Counted from the stretch's first letter, positions 32,640 to 47,200 are shown. The stretch is DNA of 64,000 nucleotides from Amoebophrya sp. A120 (GCA_905178155.1 CAJINV010000001.1:6827794-6891793), one strand, 5' to 3'. Notes: a model not told the origin generated them from the sequence alone. Numbers and translations: made by a program.

Positions 32640-35003
32640 TTAAAATGGGTCGCCGCGATCGACTCTGCTGAAGATGGCTCGCCAGACGAAGGAACTAATT
32701 GCGACGTTGTAATGGCCCACGTTTGTCACAATTTCAAAAGAAGTCTCGGTCCGCAAATCTGCACCCCGGACCCTCAGTCGCAGGGCGAAGGCGGAATAGG
32801 GGAAAACCAAAAAGTCGGTCGTACCGCCAAGCAAATGAACTCCACCTGGAATGTTGTCCGAAGCGAAAAGTGCGCACAAACGCTCGCACAGTTGTTTGCC
32901 CTGCGGAGACTGCGGTGACAGATCCTGCCACAAATCCGCCCCACTCGCGAATTGCAGCCTGGCTGCCCAAGATGGCAGCAGTCGAAACCCCGTCAGAACG
33001 AAGTCGCTGCCACACAAAGGACTGGAAAGTAGGACAACACTGTGCAAGAGAAAGTCCGTTTTCGAAAAAACTACTTGACGGTGAGGATCGTCAGTGTTGT
33101 TTTCTACTCCTGTGTCGGAAACAGCAGACTCACCCAGGAATTCGGAAACCGAAGAGCCGCGACGACTGCGGACCTGCGGCCTGCTCTCGTCCTGCATGTT
33201 GCTGCTAGCTGCGTGCCTATAATCGGACAGAAAAGTCGTCGGCGTCGTCGAACTCGTATCTTTCGCACTACTCCCTCCAAAAATCTGGTCCGGAAACAGC
33301 TCGTGTGCCAAGTTGACACTGATCATGCCTCCCAGCGAGTGCCCGACCAGCGACACTGTGATTGGAGCCTCGCGCGCCTCGGACATCGGCACTTCCCTAT
33401 TGATCGGCGAGTAGACAAGTTTTTCGTGCGTGTCCTTGTCTGCGACGACTTTCTGTCGATTCTCCGCCTCCTTTTGCTTGGTCTCGAGGATGCGGCTCAA
33501 CTGTGCTGCGACGTCCGCAGACACCTTTGATGTGCACTTTCGGACATTCCCGTTGTAATCGATTGCGAATAAGCCCCCCAGGTATGTCGGAAAGATGACG
33601 TTGTCGACGTAGTCTTGGCAGGCCAGGAAATATCGTCCGTACACCCAGTTTGCGGTGTTCGCTCCCATGCCATGCGTGCAAATCACGTAGTGCTTCGGGT
33701 CCCGGTAGTTGACGAAGCGGAACAGAAAAGGCTCGATGACAAACAGCGGCCCCGCCATCAGGAGTAGTGGTAGTTCCACGGCCAGTCCGAAAAGGAACCA
33801 CATGGTGGCGCAAAATTTTCTCAAGACCGATTCTTCAGCTGGCGTCCCGGCTTTCGCGAGCGTCGGAGCAATGTCTTGGTGGTGCCCATCGTCGATGTCT
33901 GCAATACCCATCTCGGTTCGCCGAGGCGAACCGGTGGGCGAAGTTCGTTTGCTTGAGTGCGATGCTTCTGATTCTGCCGCATCGAGTTGCTTTATTTCGT
34001 CGGCGGCATTCAATTTTAGCGCACCGCGCTCGACCATTTCACGTCGCCGCTTCTCCAAGGCATCAACTTCAGTAAGGTGTTCCTGAAATTCTTGCCACTT
34101 GTCAGGCTTTGTCTTTTCGTAGGGTACTGCTTCTGCTCCTGTTTTTTTGTTCTCATGGTCTGTACTTGTTGCGCATTGAAGACCAGATTCTTGTTCTTCC
34201 GCCCCGGCGCTTAATTCCAAGTCGTCGTCCACGCCTGCCATTAAACAGCTGCGGAAAGCGAAAAAGTTCCGCCGGCGGACGAAAGCCAGGAGGCTGCGGC
34301 ACACAGCGTGCCACTGCAGCCCTGGAGGGCAATCGAGACCAACAGATTGCATCTTTCCTCCTTGCCGGGAACGCTTGCGGCAGATGCCCTCTGTCTCGTA
34401 CCGGTGAACGTCGTAATACCTTTTCCAGCGGCTGTCGCCCGGCGTGCTTTCGACCCCGTGTAATCTGGAGAAAAACGGTCGAAAGTACTTGCAGGACGAG
34501 GGCGTGATGCTCTTCAGGAGCCCGGTCAGAAATGCGGAGATGACTTCGCGAGGGAACTGAAATAGCACGTACCGCAGCGGTGCGGGGAGAAAGATGCACA
34601 CCTCTACAAGAAAAGCGAATACCTGGCCAACAAAAGCGATTCCGAGGATGACCACAGCCAACCTGCGCAACGCCGAATGGGGAACGGCATCGCTGTCCCT
34701 TATCGGTACGAAAAGGCCCCAAACGAGGACCAGAACCGGCACCAGCACTCCGTCGACCCAAAGCATGTACAGGGCGCAAGGCACCAGCGCGGCGACGCCT
34801 CGTCCGAATTGACTGCGCACGGAAGAGAACCGAAAATCTTCGGGTGTCCCTTCGAAGGCCAGGTACAGCAAAAACGTGAAGAGGCATAGTGAGAGGGTCA
34901 GGACGAGGAAGTTGGAGACCGTCTGCGCGTAAAAGCGGCATTGCGAAAATCGGCCCAGAACAGTCGCATTCGTGTGGCCGGGCGGCGCGTCAGAAGGCGT
35001 CAT
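32640..35003 (-). CDS. Membrane-anchored alpha/beta hydrolase (lipase/esterase-like)
   Basis: N-terminal TM helices; CTHGMG oxyanion motif, VGHSLGG nucleophile elbow, TDFLV and VGHY catalytic Asp/His candidates. Confidence 0.85.
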   Translation of the reverse strand: MTPSDAPPGHTNATVLGRFSQCRFYAQTVSNFLVLTLSLCLFTFLLYLAFEGTPEDFRFSSVRSQFGRGVAALVPCALYMLWVDGVLVPVLVLVWGLFVPIRDSDAVPHSALRRLAVVILGIAFVGQVFAFLVEVCIFLPAPLRYVLFQFPREVISAFLTGLLKSITPSSCKYFRPFFSRLHGVESTPGDSRWKRYYDVHRYETEGICRKRSRQGGKMQSVGLDCPPGLQWHAVCRSLLAFVRRRNFFAFRSCLMAGVDDDLELSAGAEEQESGLQCATSTDHENKKTGAEAVPYEKTKPDKWQEFQEHLTEVDALEKRRREMVERGALKLNAADEIKQLDAAESEASHSSKRTSPTGSPRRTEMGIADIDDGHHQDIAPTLAKAGTPAEESVLRKFCATMWFLFGLAVELPLLLMAGPLFVIEPFLFRFVNYRDPKHYVICTHGMGANTANWVYGRYFLACQDYVDNVIFPTYLGGLFAIDYNGNVRKCTSKVSADVAAQLSRILETKQKEAENRQKVVADKDTHEKLVYSPINREVPMSEAREAPITVSLVGHSLGGMISVNLAHELFPDQIFGGSSAKDTSSTTPTTFLSDYRHAASSNMQDESRPQVRSRRGSSVSEFLGESAVSDTGVENNTDDPHRQVVFSKTDFLLHSVVLLSSPLCGSDFVLTGFRLLPSWAARLQFASGADLWQDLSPQSPQGKQLCERLCALFASDNIPGGVHLLGGTTDFLVFPYSAFALRLRVRGADLRTETSFEIVTNVGHYNVAISSFVWRAIFSRVDRGDPF

Positions 35004-35947
35004 TTTTAACTTTAGAGGAATGGATGTTTACACTTGGAAGGACTTCACAAAACCGCTACATGATACTTTAGAAATGATACTGACTGACATGAAGGGGTCG
35101 CTGAGATTCAACTAAAACTACAACTAGGCAGAAAATGTTTAGGTCAGACAATAAAAAAAGAGCCGTTCTAGAAGCGGTTGAGCGTCCGCCAAAAAAAACA
35201 TTATGCTATGAATACACTGATCCTGCGAAGATCTCCATCTCGTTTCACGTATATACGTTCACCCATTTACAATTTATTCTACGTTTCCTCCAAAAACTCA
35301 CAAGATCGAGAACGAGATCTTCCACATAGCATATTCAAAAATACTAGGCCTCTTTTTTTTCTCGAGCTCGACGCTTTTCTCAAATTCAAAAAAATTAGAT
35401 CTGGATTTGTGCGCGAAGACCGAAACTTCGCGGGGTGTAAATCCCGATCTGCGTGTGTAGAGAGCAGACGCGGAAAGCATCTGGTCATTCTGGTGGCGCC
35501 GGCACCCGTAGCTCTTCCTATTCCTTTCGCTTTGCGTTCTGTTGAGTAGCCCTTGCCGTAGGAGTGGTAAAGAGGACCACTCTGCCAGGTTGTTGTGTCC
35601 CACTGTGCCGACTTTGGGTGCGCCAACAATAGATGTGCGCATTGTCAAACAGATTCAAGTTCTTTCATCTTGTTCTTCGATTGGTGCGCAACTATTCAGA
35701 ATCAGACCTCATGCAAAAAAAGCTCAGCATTGATGATAATGGAAAAAGATGAAGATGAAGCCGCTCAAAACAAGCTTAGACTTACAACAAATCGAAATAA
35801 AAGTATTCAAGTTACGCAACGTATTTCTGCTAGTAGTCCTCCTACTCAAAATCTTTGTGTATCCTCGATCAGTAGTGTAAGATACAGCCTCGATCAGTAA
35901 CCTTTCTTGTTCTGCGTCAAGCATCACTTTTAGAGGCAGTTTGCCTT

Positions 35948-38900
35948 TCAAACGATTGACACCGGAGTGTCTGCATGCACAACTGGTTTCTGCGAACACG
36001 ATCCGGGGTAGCAAGCGCAGTCGTTAATTTTTCCCTGGGAGAAATCCAAATTTCCTGCGATCAGTTGAGACAGCGACACCGAGTGCTCTTGCTCCTCCTT
36101 GCTGCCTGCAGGATCCTCATCGTCGTGTTCCTCATCTCCAACGTTTTTCACTTCAGCCGGAGGTGCAGCTGAGGCCGATTGGAGTTCTTGCGAAGTTCCT
36201 TGTGGTGGAGGTGCGGTCGCGCTCTTATCAAGGGCCGCAATCGTATCAGTAAGACTTTTTTTTGGCTTTTTTTTCTCGAACACTATGCTTGTCTCGACAA
36301 CGAGCGGGGCCGTGGATTTGAGCAATCGGTTTGGGTGCTTGCGTGGCGGTGGACTACTGCCGAGGTAGGCACCAGATGTAAGTGCGTTCGAAGCTGTAGC
36401 TGTCCTCGGGGTCGTGATTGCTTTTTCCTCACCCGATGGCAGCACCAGAAGTACAGGCGACAACGGAGCTTTTGCACTTTTCTTTTTCGGGATGCGCTCC
36501 ACGGCAGCTCGGGGTCCACCCGGACCAGCCAGACGCGGAGCAAGCGACCGCGTTGCTGGTTCCGCCGCACCGGCGTCGGTGCTAGATTTGCTCGTGTTGC
36601 TCTTGAAGCAATCCGTAGTCGAAACGGTTTCGCTTCGCTGCGTCACTGTCCCGGTGCGTTTGGAGGAAGGCTTGTTCGTTGTGGGATCGCTGCGTCTGGT
36701 ACTACCCGGCTTTGGCGCGATGGTCCAAATGCTGTGCTTTTCTTCGTCCCGGGGACTTGATCTTGGCTTCGCGAAGACGTTAAAGTTGTGTTTTTGCATC
36801 TTCTCGGATCCCGCACTCTCCTTGCTTGATGTCCGCACAGACGAAGGAAAAAGATTCTTAGTTGACGTCGTACTGACATGTCCAGGCTTGCCGTTGCTTG
36901 GCGGTGCGTTCACGATGTTTCTTGTTGCAAATGGTCGCTCTGCTCTGTCAATAGCTGCTCCCCTGGAAGTAAAAACTTGCTCGCGACTTGCGGTGCTGCC
37001 TCCAGCTGCGTTCCCTCTTGGAAATTGCGCAACAGATCCTGCGGACAACGCCGGGGCGACGAGGCTGGTCTTCGAGCCTTCCCTGCTGCTAGTACCGAGG
37101 GTACCGGTATGCGCTGAGGGTCTCGCGGATGTTGGAGCTTTCTTGTTGGCCTTACTCGCAGAGGACTTCTTACCTGTGTGCGCGGCAGTTTGTGGCCTTT
37201 GCAAATCACGAGCAGAGCGTTGCGGCTTCATCTTTTTCGTCTCGTCGCCCTTTGCACTGTCAGTCGCTGAAGACGCGCCGCCGCCTCGCAGTATCCTGAC
37301 GACCACACCTCCCGACGTCGCTACACGCTGCCCGCCTTTCCTGCACTCCCGAACTGACATGCGCAAAATCTGCCGCTTGGTCTGCGTCGCGGTGTTAAAT
37401 TTGTCTTCAGCACTTTGCGTCCTTCTCCTGGGCTGTTGCTGCACTAACGGATTGATCGCCTCGTCCTGTTGTCCACGCCTTATTTGAAGCGGCTGAGGAA
37501 AAACACGCACACTTCCATGTTGAGTATGATCTTGTCCCGAGGCTCCACCTTGATCCGACGGCCACGCACGTCTGAAAGAATTGATTTTGTGTGGAGACGA
37601 GGGTTATTTTTTCTTTATGTATTCATCGTCTGACATCCTATACTCACACTTGGACTAGTTGCACAACCAGTATGCATTGTTTTTACCTTGGATCCACTCC
37701 GACAGCTCTTCTGTTCGCCTCGGGTCTTCCGAACTTACTAGGCGGTGATGCGAGCAACTCGCTTCGTTTCCTGGGCACAAAGCCAAAACTCCGCGATGTT
37801 TCGCGCTGGTGATGCAAACGGGCATCTTTTTCTTTTGCGTGCGCTTGCGCGACTCGTCGCGAGGCTTCGTCTTCGCTATCCTCGGCAAAGGGAAGACGCG
37901 AGGAGCTGCTGCTTGGGGTGATGCCACCAATGTAGGACGCGGAAGACGTTTCCGATGCAGGGGGCTCTAGCGCAATTTGACTCGTTTTGCTAGTTCCGGC
38001 TTTTGAAGACGCAACTTGAACATGACAGTTCTCCATGCCGGTAGAAGAGGAAGATGCCATTAAAACTGATATGTTCGACAGCTCTTTCCTCAGCGCCGCT
38101 ATCATCGCAGTGACCTGCTCTCCTTCCAGTGGTGCATGTTTCGAGGATGAACCATGCGGACCTTTCCCTTTCCGGAGGTCGCGTAGCTGGTTTGTTAGAT
38201 CCTGCAGCCGCTGGCGGACCTGGAAACAAGGTAGTATGTTGGTATGCTATGAGTACTTACTTACAACACCGAATGGAATCATCTTGCGCGAGGACATGGA
38301 GGAAATCAGGTAAGAACATTCTCGAAAACGAGGACAAATCAAAATCTAGTACCTGTCTCTTTGTCACTTCGTTTTCTGTGCAGCTGTCGTCGACAACAGA
38401 CTTGCTTTCCCTTTTTCGCGTTTCAGATGATAAGGGTTCCAGTTGCGCAAGAACATCCGTAATCGACGCTCGCGACTCTTCAAGCGCGGCTTGTGCGGAA
38501 AAGTCCGCTACCGCTACGCCGCCCGAAAAAGCAGCGGTTGTGGACTTGCTCCGTTTCTGCGTCGATTGCTCAAACAAAACTGGCGCAAACTCGTCCTCAA
38601 TGTCGTCCTCAACAACCGGCTGCAGACGCGACTCCGTTCTCCTCTCTGCTATCGTCACCGAATGGTCCTGCCAGGAGGTGTCTGGGCTGGTCGCTGTGGT
38701 ATTTCTCGCACTGCCCGCTGTACCTCCTCCGCGAAGGGAAAGATCATGAAGCTCCACTGGATAGCGGGGACTCGCACGTTTCTTACGCAGCTCGTTCATG
38801 GACTTGAGTTGGACATCAACATTCTGCTGTTTTAGTACTTGCTCCGACTCCGATAGTACTTCTACCGTTTTCGTCTCGTCCGGCCTTCGCACGTCAAGAC

Positions 38901-40459
38901 GGCGACCTCGCAGATTGTCGGCAGGCGATACGCCCCTCGGCTCCAGAAAAATCTGCGGTTCCTCGTCTCTGCTCTCCTCTAGCGGCGCCGGAGGATAGCT
39001 TTTGCACGTAGACCCGACGCGACGCTCTTCCAAGACGCGGTGCTCACGTTCACTTTGGCTCGCATCCGTGGTGCTCTGCAATTGATAGATCTTTTCACGA
39101 TCTGTACGTAGCGCCTCCACCAAGTGTGGCTCCTCCTCTTCGAGCGCGCCGAGCGTTTCTGGAAATTGCTCCAATAATGAGAGCAAGTCTGTGTCCGCCG
39201 GGAGGATTTGAATGGTGCCCTGCTCCCGACCGTTGTTGGTTGAGAGATCAACAGCGGCCTCTGTTGGGGGAAACACATCTTCTAGCACGATGTTGTCTTC
39301 GCTCCTTTCGAGATCATCATTTTCTGGTACAGAGTGAAGTCCTTGTACTCCCTCCTGCTCAGCCACATTTGCGATGCTGCCGTGCTGCGTTCCGTGCAAA
39401 TCACAAATTTGCTTGTCGCATTTGCTGCTCTCCAACTGGTCGCAGCAATCGGATAGATGATCCTCGTCCTCAGCATGTGCATCGCCATTTTGTCCCATGA
39501 CCTTCTCCACTTGTCGAGCTTGATGTTCAGAAACGAGCTTCTTGCAGGCCTCGGCAATCTGTCGCTTGCTCATCTCCCAGAGTGGATTTTCCGGCTGTTG
39601 TTTGATCGGATTAGCGCCGAGGCGGCTTTTGGATGCCGATGAAGAGGAGGACGATGAGCTGCACGTTGCATTCGTAGAAAAACTTCGTGGTCGGTTGGCG
39701 TCTCCTGTGTACATAGAATCCGCAGATGAAACGGGTTCCATCATCTCTTTTGCGTTTACGGTTCTGCTAGGGCCGCTGCTCGACGCCGCCACTGCGGGAA
39801 AAAACTCGTTTGCGCCACCGCTACTTTGCGAACGTGCTCGCTTCGCATTTTGTGCGTCGTCTTCTATAGCAACCAAATTATCGATTCCGGGTGGCGAGGA
39901 CAGCAAGTCGCGATGCGTTGCCAGCACGTGCACCAGATCCTTATGAAAGTCGAACATCTGGCGCTGCTTGCGTTCGCTCTTCCTCAGGGGGGGTGCGAAA
40001 TTCTCTTTGTCACCTTCGTCGGTGTAGACGTTGGCCCCATGCGATTGAAAAGAGTGCTCCTGTGCTGCCTCTAGTCGTTCCTCTTTCATCAGACCCTCTT
40101 CTTTTGTAGGCGCGCTTGCTGAACCTTGCAGGTAAGCCGCCATCTGATTTTTTGTTTATTGCGTGAGACACTTTCTCTTTCATCCTCCAGGTAAGAATTT
40201 CATCAAGCTTTCATCTCGGAGATGGAGACTCCATCTCGACTTGTGGGTGCTGCACGAATGCACGTTGGTTACTAGCAGCAATCAGAACTAGTACTAGGCC
40301 AGTCAATGCAGAGCAAAAACACGTGACGATCTCGACTACAATCCTTACCAATCTTCGCAGTTCTGCCTCCTGCAGGAGCACTTCCTCCTCTTTTGCGCGG
40401 AGCAAAAGCTCCACGTCGATATCTCCAGTCGAGAGCTGGGTCGCCATATTTGCTCGCAT
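35948..40459 (-). CDS. Large low-complexity/disordered unknown protein, multi-exon; 3' end unresolved
   Basis: GT-AG introns at 40144-40348, 38220-38352 and 37572-37686 join four ORF segments in frame. Confidence 0.65.
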
Positions 40460-41294
40460 TGGGGTTATCTCATGATGTAGAAATCTACCTGTACCTCGAC
40501 GAAAGCCGGCATCGTGACCTTCCCCGCCAGGTTTTCGGTTCCAAAATCGAATCTCTAAAGCAGTGCGGTGCCGCAATGAGAACCACTTCAGTGAATAAAT
40601 TTCGAAAAATAACGGACGCTTCCGTCACGCTACGTGGAAAAACACTGCTTGGCAAAAGATCCGGAACCATACCAGGCTGACTATGCCTCCATAGCTGTGG
40701 ATGCCAGTACCATCTAGGGTTTCTAAGCGACCTAACTCCAAAATCAAGACCGCAACCTCAAAGTTTCGTGCTCGGCTCTGCAGTTTTGATGAAAGGCACT
40801 CTCTTTTTCGCATTGGCTCAGCAGGTTCGATAAGACGTGAATACAAGCACAAACAGCTTCCGAAAGACAAAGAGGCAACAACACACCGACACCATAAACC
40901 ATAGACCATACCACTCCAGTCTGCCATGATGCTGCTAGGCAGCAACTGCAATGATGTAATTCGTTGTATTCTTGTTTTGCATGTAGCGTGTACGTATCAT
41001 GCATTGATAAATCGGAATCGCTCAAACATCTGAGCAGCCTGAGGCAAGGTCCTTCTTCTTTGTACAATTTCGAATTCAACTTGGTTTATCAAAAACAATG
41101 TCAACTGATACGAAATCAATGTCGAACGACGTCTTGGTCATAGTGAAACTGAATGTGAATCAGAGTAAGCATAAATCAAATAAAAATGTCAAGTCATCTC
41201 GTCCAATCTTACAAAAAAAAATTTATCAATTTGAAAAACATCCGTGTCTGACGAGGGATCATTGCTTCCTCTTGCTTCTAGGAAGGCCCACCTT

Positions 41295-44200
41295 CTACGC
41301 CACTCCGTCCTTCCCTTTCCACCCCGGCGGTGTAGCACGCGTCACGTCGATCCCCTTCGCCAAAACCTCCGCGGGGAACTCCGTTTCGCGGCGGAACAGA
41401 ATACTGATCGACGCGCCCGCCGGAGCTTTTGCCATTTGCGCCTGAATTTCGGCAGTGGTCCTCTTTTCGACCAGAAAGTCGTGGATTACCGAGAGCTTGT
41501 CTCCAGCCCGCAAACCAGCGGTGTCTTTCGCCCAAGCGGACTCTGCTACTTTCTCCGTCAAGACTCCGTTCTCCTGCATTCCCCCCACCGCGGCTACGAA
41601 ATCCGCTGGACACAGTAATTGTACGTACTGGGCCAATTTTTTCTTCCGCACAAAAGCGAAAGCCGCTACCGGGTTGTCACCCCGGGTAAATTTACGCTGC
41701 ACTTTCTGGATTATCGCGTCGGACGGATACGCCCCGACCCAGGTCGGCAGCAGCGTGACCCGCTCCTGCAAAGTACCGACGGCAACTAAGAGATCGCCAA
41801 CGCAAACATTGTTTTTCGCGGCTCTACTGGGCCCGGAGCTGTCCGGTAATTTTGGAATCACTTCTGTCACACTCACCACCGGGTATTTTGACCAGTCAAG
41901 CGCGAGACCGAACAGATCACGGATCTTATCCTCGGCAGACTTCGTTCCGTCGTTCAGAACCTTATCGTCGATCGAACTCTGCGCCCAGCCACACAGCCCA
42001 GCACCGACCAAATCCTTGCTGACGCCTAACATCTGTGCACAGTACGCCACCTGGGTTTGCTGGGCTGGCGCGCCGGCGGGTGCCAAAGCAGGTGCACCAG
42101 CAGGAGCAGCGCCGCCCATTTTCAAAACGCGAGAAACGTTCACTGCGTTCTTCAACACTGCGTCCGGAAACTGGTTTTCCCGCCGCGCCAGGATGTGCAT
42201 CGGTCGTGCCCCTGTCGGCGCCAGTCGCCGGTCGATCTCGGACGGGTCTTTCTCCCGCAAAACGTCGTGCGCGACGATGATGCGATCGTCCTTTTGCAGG
42301 CCCAATTTGTCGAACACACCACCGGGCACGACGGAGACGACTTTCCCACTTTCTGACTTCACCCCAACCTCCTTGTCCTTCAGCTCCACCTGCACGTAAA
42401 ACTTCTCGTACTTCGCTCTCAAGAACGCGAACGACGCCACCGGGTTGTCACTTCTGGCGAATTTCCGCTGGACTTTCTGAATGATCGCGTCGTTTGGATC
42501 TTTCCCGGGCCAGGTTGGAAGGAGTGTGACCCGTTCCTGCAGCGTGCCGACCATGACAAGGGAGTCCCCGACCACCACGTTGTTTTTCGCGGCGCGACTT
42601 GGCCCGCTGTTATCAGGCAGTTGGGGCTCGACTTTGACGACGCGAACGATGGGGTAAGTTGTCCAGTCGAGTTTCATTCCGAATAGTTTTAGGATCTTGT
42701 CCTCCGGAGACAGGTTCGGATCATTCAAGATCTTGTCGTCAATGCTCGATTGCGCCCAACCGCAGAGTCCGGCGCCGACGAGATCCTTGCTCAAGCCGAG
42801 AAGTTGCGCACAGTATGGCGGATCCCCGGCGGCTGGGGCAGTCGCTGGTTTGGGTGCTGGGGTTGGGGTTGGAGCCGCAGCAGGTGCAGCTGGAGTCTTT
42901 GGTGTAGCACCAGCTGCGGCCACAGTACTGGTCTTGGCAGCGGGCTGAGCAGGTGTTTTCGCTTTCGCTACGGTAGAAGCGGGGGAGGCCGCAGCTTTCG
43001 TATTCGCGGGTGACGCGGTCTTTGTCGCCGCCGTTTTCGGTGCAGACACGGCAGATATTTTCGCCGGCGCAGCTGGAGCTTTCGCTGCCGCAGTCTTTGC
43101 TGCTGGAGCAGCCTTACTAGTGGTGGCCGCTGGTGCTGTTTTCGGTGCGGACTTTGAAGCGCTCGGTTTCGCGCTAGACGTTCTACCCGCCGCTGTTGCT
43201 GGTGCGGTCTTTGCGGGCGTGGTCGCCTTCGTTGCGGCGGTTGCAGTCGCCTTAGCAGGACTTGCACTTGGGGTCTTCGCTGGTGTTGTACTCGCTGTTT
43301 TTGCAGCAGGAGTCGCGGCCTTGCCGTTTTTCGCAGCGGCGGGTTTGGCAGTGCCATTCGCGGGCTTCGCTGCAGCTGCGGATTTCGATGGGGCTGGGGA
43401 GGCTGTTGCCTTACTTGCAGCAGGCGCCGCTGTCTTCGACGGAGTGGCCGACGGCGCCGCTTTAGAGGTCGTACTTGCGGCCGGTTTTGAGGTCGTTGCG
43501 GCGACCGCAGACTTCGCTGTGCTCGCGGGACTAGCGGACGGCTTCGCAAGTGCAACACTTGAAGGAGTTGGAGAAGCTGCAGCTGCCACGGTCACTGGAA
43601 CTGCCCAATTTGTCGGATAAACCCGGGCCGTATTCACTGCGTTAGTCAAGACACTATCAGGAAAGTCGGTTTCTCGCCTTACCAGAATGTGCAAAGGTCG
43701 CGCCCCGCTCGGAGCCACTCGCTTGTCGATCTCTGTCCCGTCTTTTTCCCGCAACGCGTCATGCGCGACGACGATGCGATCGTTTACTGCCAGCCCCGCT
43801 TTATCCGCGATGCCCCCCGCGGTGATTCCGATGATCTTGCCGTTTTCCACGTTTATTCCCCAGTCCTTGTTATCAGGCATCAACAACTGCACGTACCTCT
43901 TCTCGTACTTCTTCCTTAAGAACGCAAAGCCGGCAACTGGGTTATCCTTGCGCGCAAACTTCCGCTGCACCTTCTGAACGATCGCGTCATTCGGGCCCTT
44001 CCCTTCCCAGGTCGGGAGCAGTGTGACGCGATCCTGCAAAGTCCCGGCCATGATCATCGTGTCTCCGACTTCAATGCCGTTCTTCGCGGCGCGCGACGGC
44101 CCGGACCCGTCGGGAACCAGGGGGATGACCTCCGTGACTTTGATCATTGGAAATTGCGTGAAATTGAGCTTCATGCCGAACAGCTTCGGGATTTTCTCGT

Positions 44201-47200
44201 GCGCGGCGAGGTTCGGATCGTTCAAAATTTTGTCGTCGATATTGGACTGCGCCCAACCTGCTAAACCTGCTCCAACCAGGTCACTGCTCTGCCCCAGCAC
44301 CTGCACGCAGTACGGTGGCGGCGGGGCGCCTGGGGATGGCTGAGCGGCCAATGGTGCGGGTGTTGCAGTGGGAGCGGGCGCAGGTTCTGCCGCTGGCTTT
44401 GCTGCTGCTGGCTTTGCTGCTGCTGGCTTTGCTGCTGCTGGTGTCGCCGTCTTGGCAACGCTCGCTGGTCCTCCACCAGGGGTCACAGACGACGTCGCCG
44501 CCTTCCCCGCCACTGCCGCACTTGCCTTTGTAGAAGATGCTGCTGACTGTGCAGACTTTACTGACAGTGCAGGGGATTTCGACGCTGCACTTTGGCTTAC
44601 CGCTGGTGCAGACTTTACACCGCTCGGTGCCCCCGCGGAGGACTTTGCGCTCGTCTTCGAAACGACACTGGAAACGGGCACAGATGCGGACGCCTTGCTC
44701 GCCGCCCCCGGAGAAGGTGGCGCGGTCTTCGTTCGGACAATCGCGTTCCATTTCGCTGGGAATTGTCTCGTCACGTTAACCTGTGCCTGCCACACGGAGG
44801 TTGGAAAATCAGCTTCCCTCCGCACCAGAAAATGCAGCGGCCGAGCACCCGACGGCCCCACGCGCCTATCGATTTCTGCCATGTCCTTCTCTCGCAAAGC
44901 ATCGTGGGCAATCACGATCCTGTCGTCTTTCTGCAGTCCCTTTTTCGAAGCGATCCCTCCGGCTGCAACATCGACGATTTTCCCGTTCTGCACGGTCCAG
45001 CCCCAGTCGGACTGGTCCTCCATGACTAGCTGCAGATACTTCGTTTCGTGCTTTTTCCGCAGAAAAGCGAATCCCGCAACGGGATTGTCTTTCCGTTGTG
45101 CTTTCCGCTGGATCTTTTGGATCAACGCATCGCTGGGCGAAATCCCTTCCCAGCTCGGCACCAGCGTCACGCGGTCTTGCAAAGTGCCGCACATCACCAT
45201 CCGGTCCCCGACACTGACGTTGTTTTTCGCCGCTCTCGTTGGATCCTTGCCGTTTGCCTCTTTGGCGATCACTTGCGAGACGCGGACAATGGGAAAGGCG
45301 GCCCAGTCCAAAACCATACCAAACAGCTCGCGAATCTTGTCGTCCGCGGACAACCCCGGGTGATTCAACGTCACGGCGTCGATGCTGCTCTGCGCCCACC
45401 CGCAAAGCCCCGCGCCGACTAGGTCCTTGCTAGTCGCCAGAAGTTGCGCGCAATACGGCACCACGACGGTGCCAGGTGGAACGACAACCGGCGCTGCTGG
45501 AGTTGGGGCCGTGGACGCTACTTTTGCGACTACAGGCGGTTGACCACTGCTCGTTGACGCAGCTTTTGCAACCGGCGGACTCGTTCCCGGCGACACGAAC
45601 GCCTTTACTTTGGCCTGATACTCCACCTTCTTCGCGCTCCGTGCGGGTAATGAGAGTGCGCTGCTGTGCAACAAACCTCTTGCGGCGAGTTCCTTGATCC
45701 AGGGCCCAGGCAGATCCCTTTTCGTCTTCGTCGCTTTCCCCCTTACACTGTCCGGAAACCCGCCCTTCCTTCGAAACAGAATGTGGATTGGCCGTGGCCC
45801 GGCTTTCGACACACGCTGCGCTGCGTCGACGGCGTTCTTCTCCGCGAGGAGGTCGCCGGAAATGATAACCTCGTCACCCTTCTCCAGGCCTACCTGTTCC
45901 GCCCACGAACCAGCGGCCGGAGAGCTAGTTAGGGTAACATTAGCGCCCTTCGCGGTTACCGTTCCCGCGTCCAACCCGAGGTCCGCGTCGTCCCCGCGCA
46001 GCTGCAAATAGCGCTTCACGGCGGAGGCCTTCATGAAGGCCCACGTTTTTGGCTTCTCGTACAAACTCCGCAACACCGCGTCGTCCGGGTGCCGGCCCTT
46101 GAACGTGGCCACCATCGTGATGCGCTGCTCATTTACCATCAGGATCAAATCCTTTTCGCTCACCCCGGCGCGGGCCGCTGCGCTGCCCGCCACGAGGGAT
46201 CTCACCGGAACTGTTGGGAAGTCGTTCCAATCCAATTGGAAAGAGACGCAGCCGAGCATCTTGTCCGAACTCACCAAACTCGCGTTCTGGCACACGCCGA
46301 CGATGTCCGCGGTCCCCGCTGGGTTCCACGTCAAAACGGAATGCTCCGCGAGCTTCTTACTCTGCAAAAGCAAGGAGAGCATGAAGGGGGCTGGTGGCCC
46401 GCCAGCACCGACTGTTGTAATCGAAGACGTCGGGGGCAGATCCGTGGGGGCAACAACCGCAAACGACATCAGCTTCTGCGAGTATCGGGCGTGCGCAAGC
46501 TTCACGCTCCATTCCGAGGGCATGTCTTCCGCGAACACCGGCTCTTCGAAAAACCGCATTTCGTTCGCAAACCCCGATCGGCGGCGAAGGAGAAGCGACA
46601 CCGGCCTTGGCCCCGTCTCCGGGTCCAGCTGCGTCTTTAGATTCTCGATGTCTTTGCTGGACAAGATACTGAATTCCCCCACCGCAAGAATTTCGTCGCC
46701 AGTTTTTAATCCAAGCCGTGCTGCGAACCCGCGAGGATTGATGTCCTTCAACCGATTCAACTCGAGCGACGCACCCAGACGTCGGCTCTGCAGGCTGACT
46801 TGGAGATACTGCGCTGAATTTCGCTTCGGCAAAAAAGCGAATTGCCCGATAGAGCCCTTTTCTAAAATCCTGTTCACCAACGCTTGATTTGCGTCCTCCC
46901 CGGGCCACCTGCTGACCGCAGACACCATCTCGTCCACGCATGCGAGTAAAAGATCGCCTTCGGACAGCGGTAAAGCTGTTTTCTCCAAGAGTCCGATCTT
47001 CACTTGCGGAAAGCGCAACCAATCCAGTTCAAAACCCAAAGTTCTGCGGAGTTTCTCCCCGGCATCGACGTTCGGGTCTTTCAAAAGATCGAAATCCACA
47101 GCGTCTTTCGACATCGTCCAGACTAACACGCCAAACTGCTCCACACTGCTCAAATCCTTCGCAAGGAGCTGTAAGTGGTACGGCGCCGGCGGCCCCCCGC

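Noticed and set aside
40219-40237. Hairpin GAGATGGAG-A-CTCCATCTC in an intron
   Set aside because: Isolated 9-bp IR with no TSD or TAT...ATA ends.
44392-44441. 15-bp tandem repeat (AAAKP)x3
   Set aside because: Simple slippage within a low-complexity linker.
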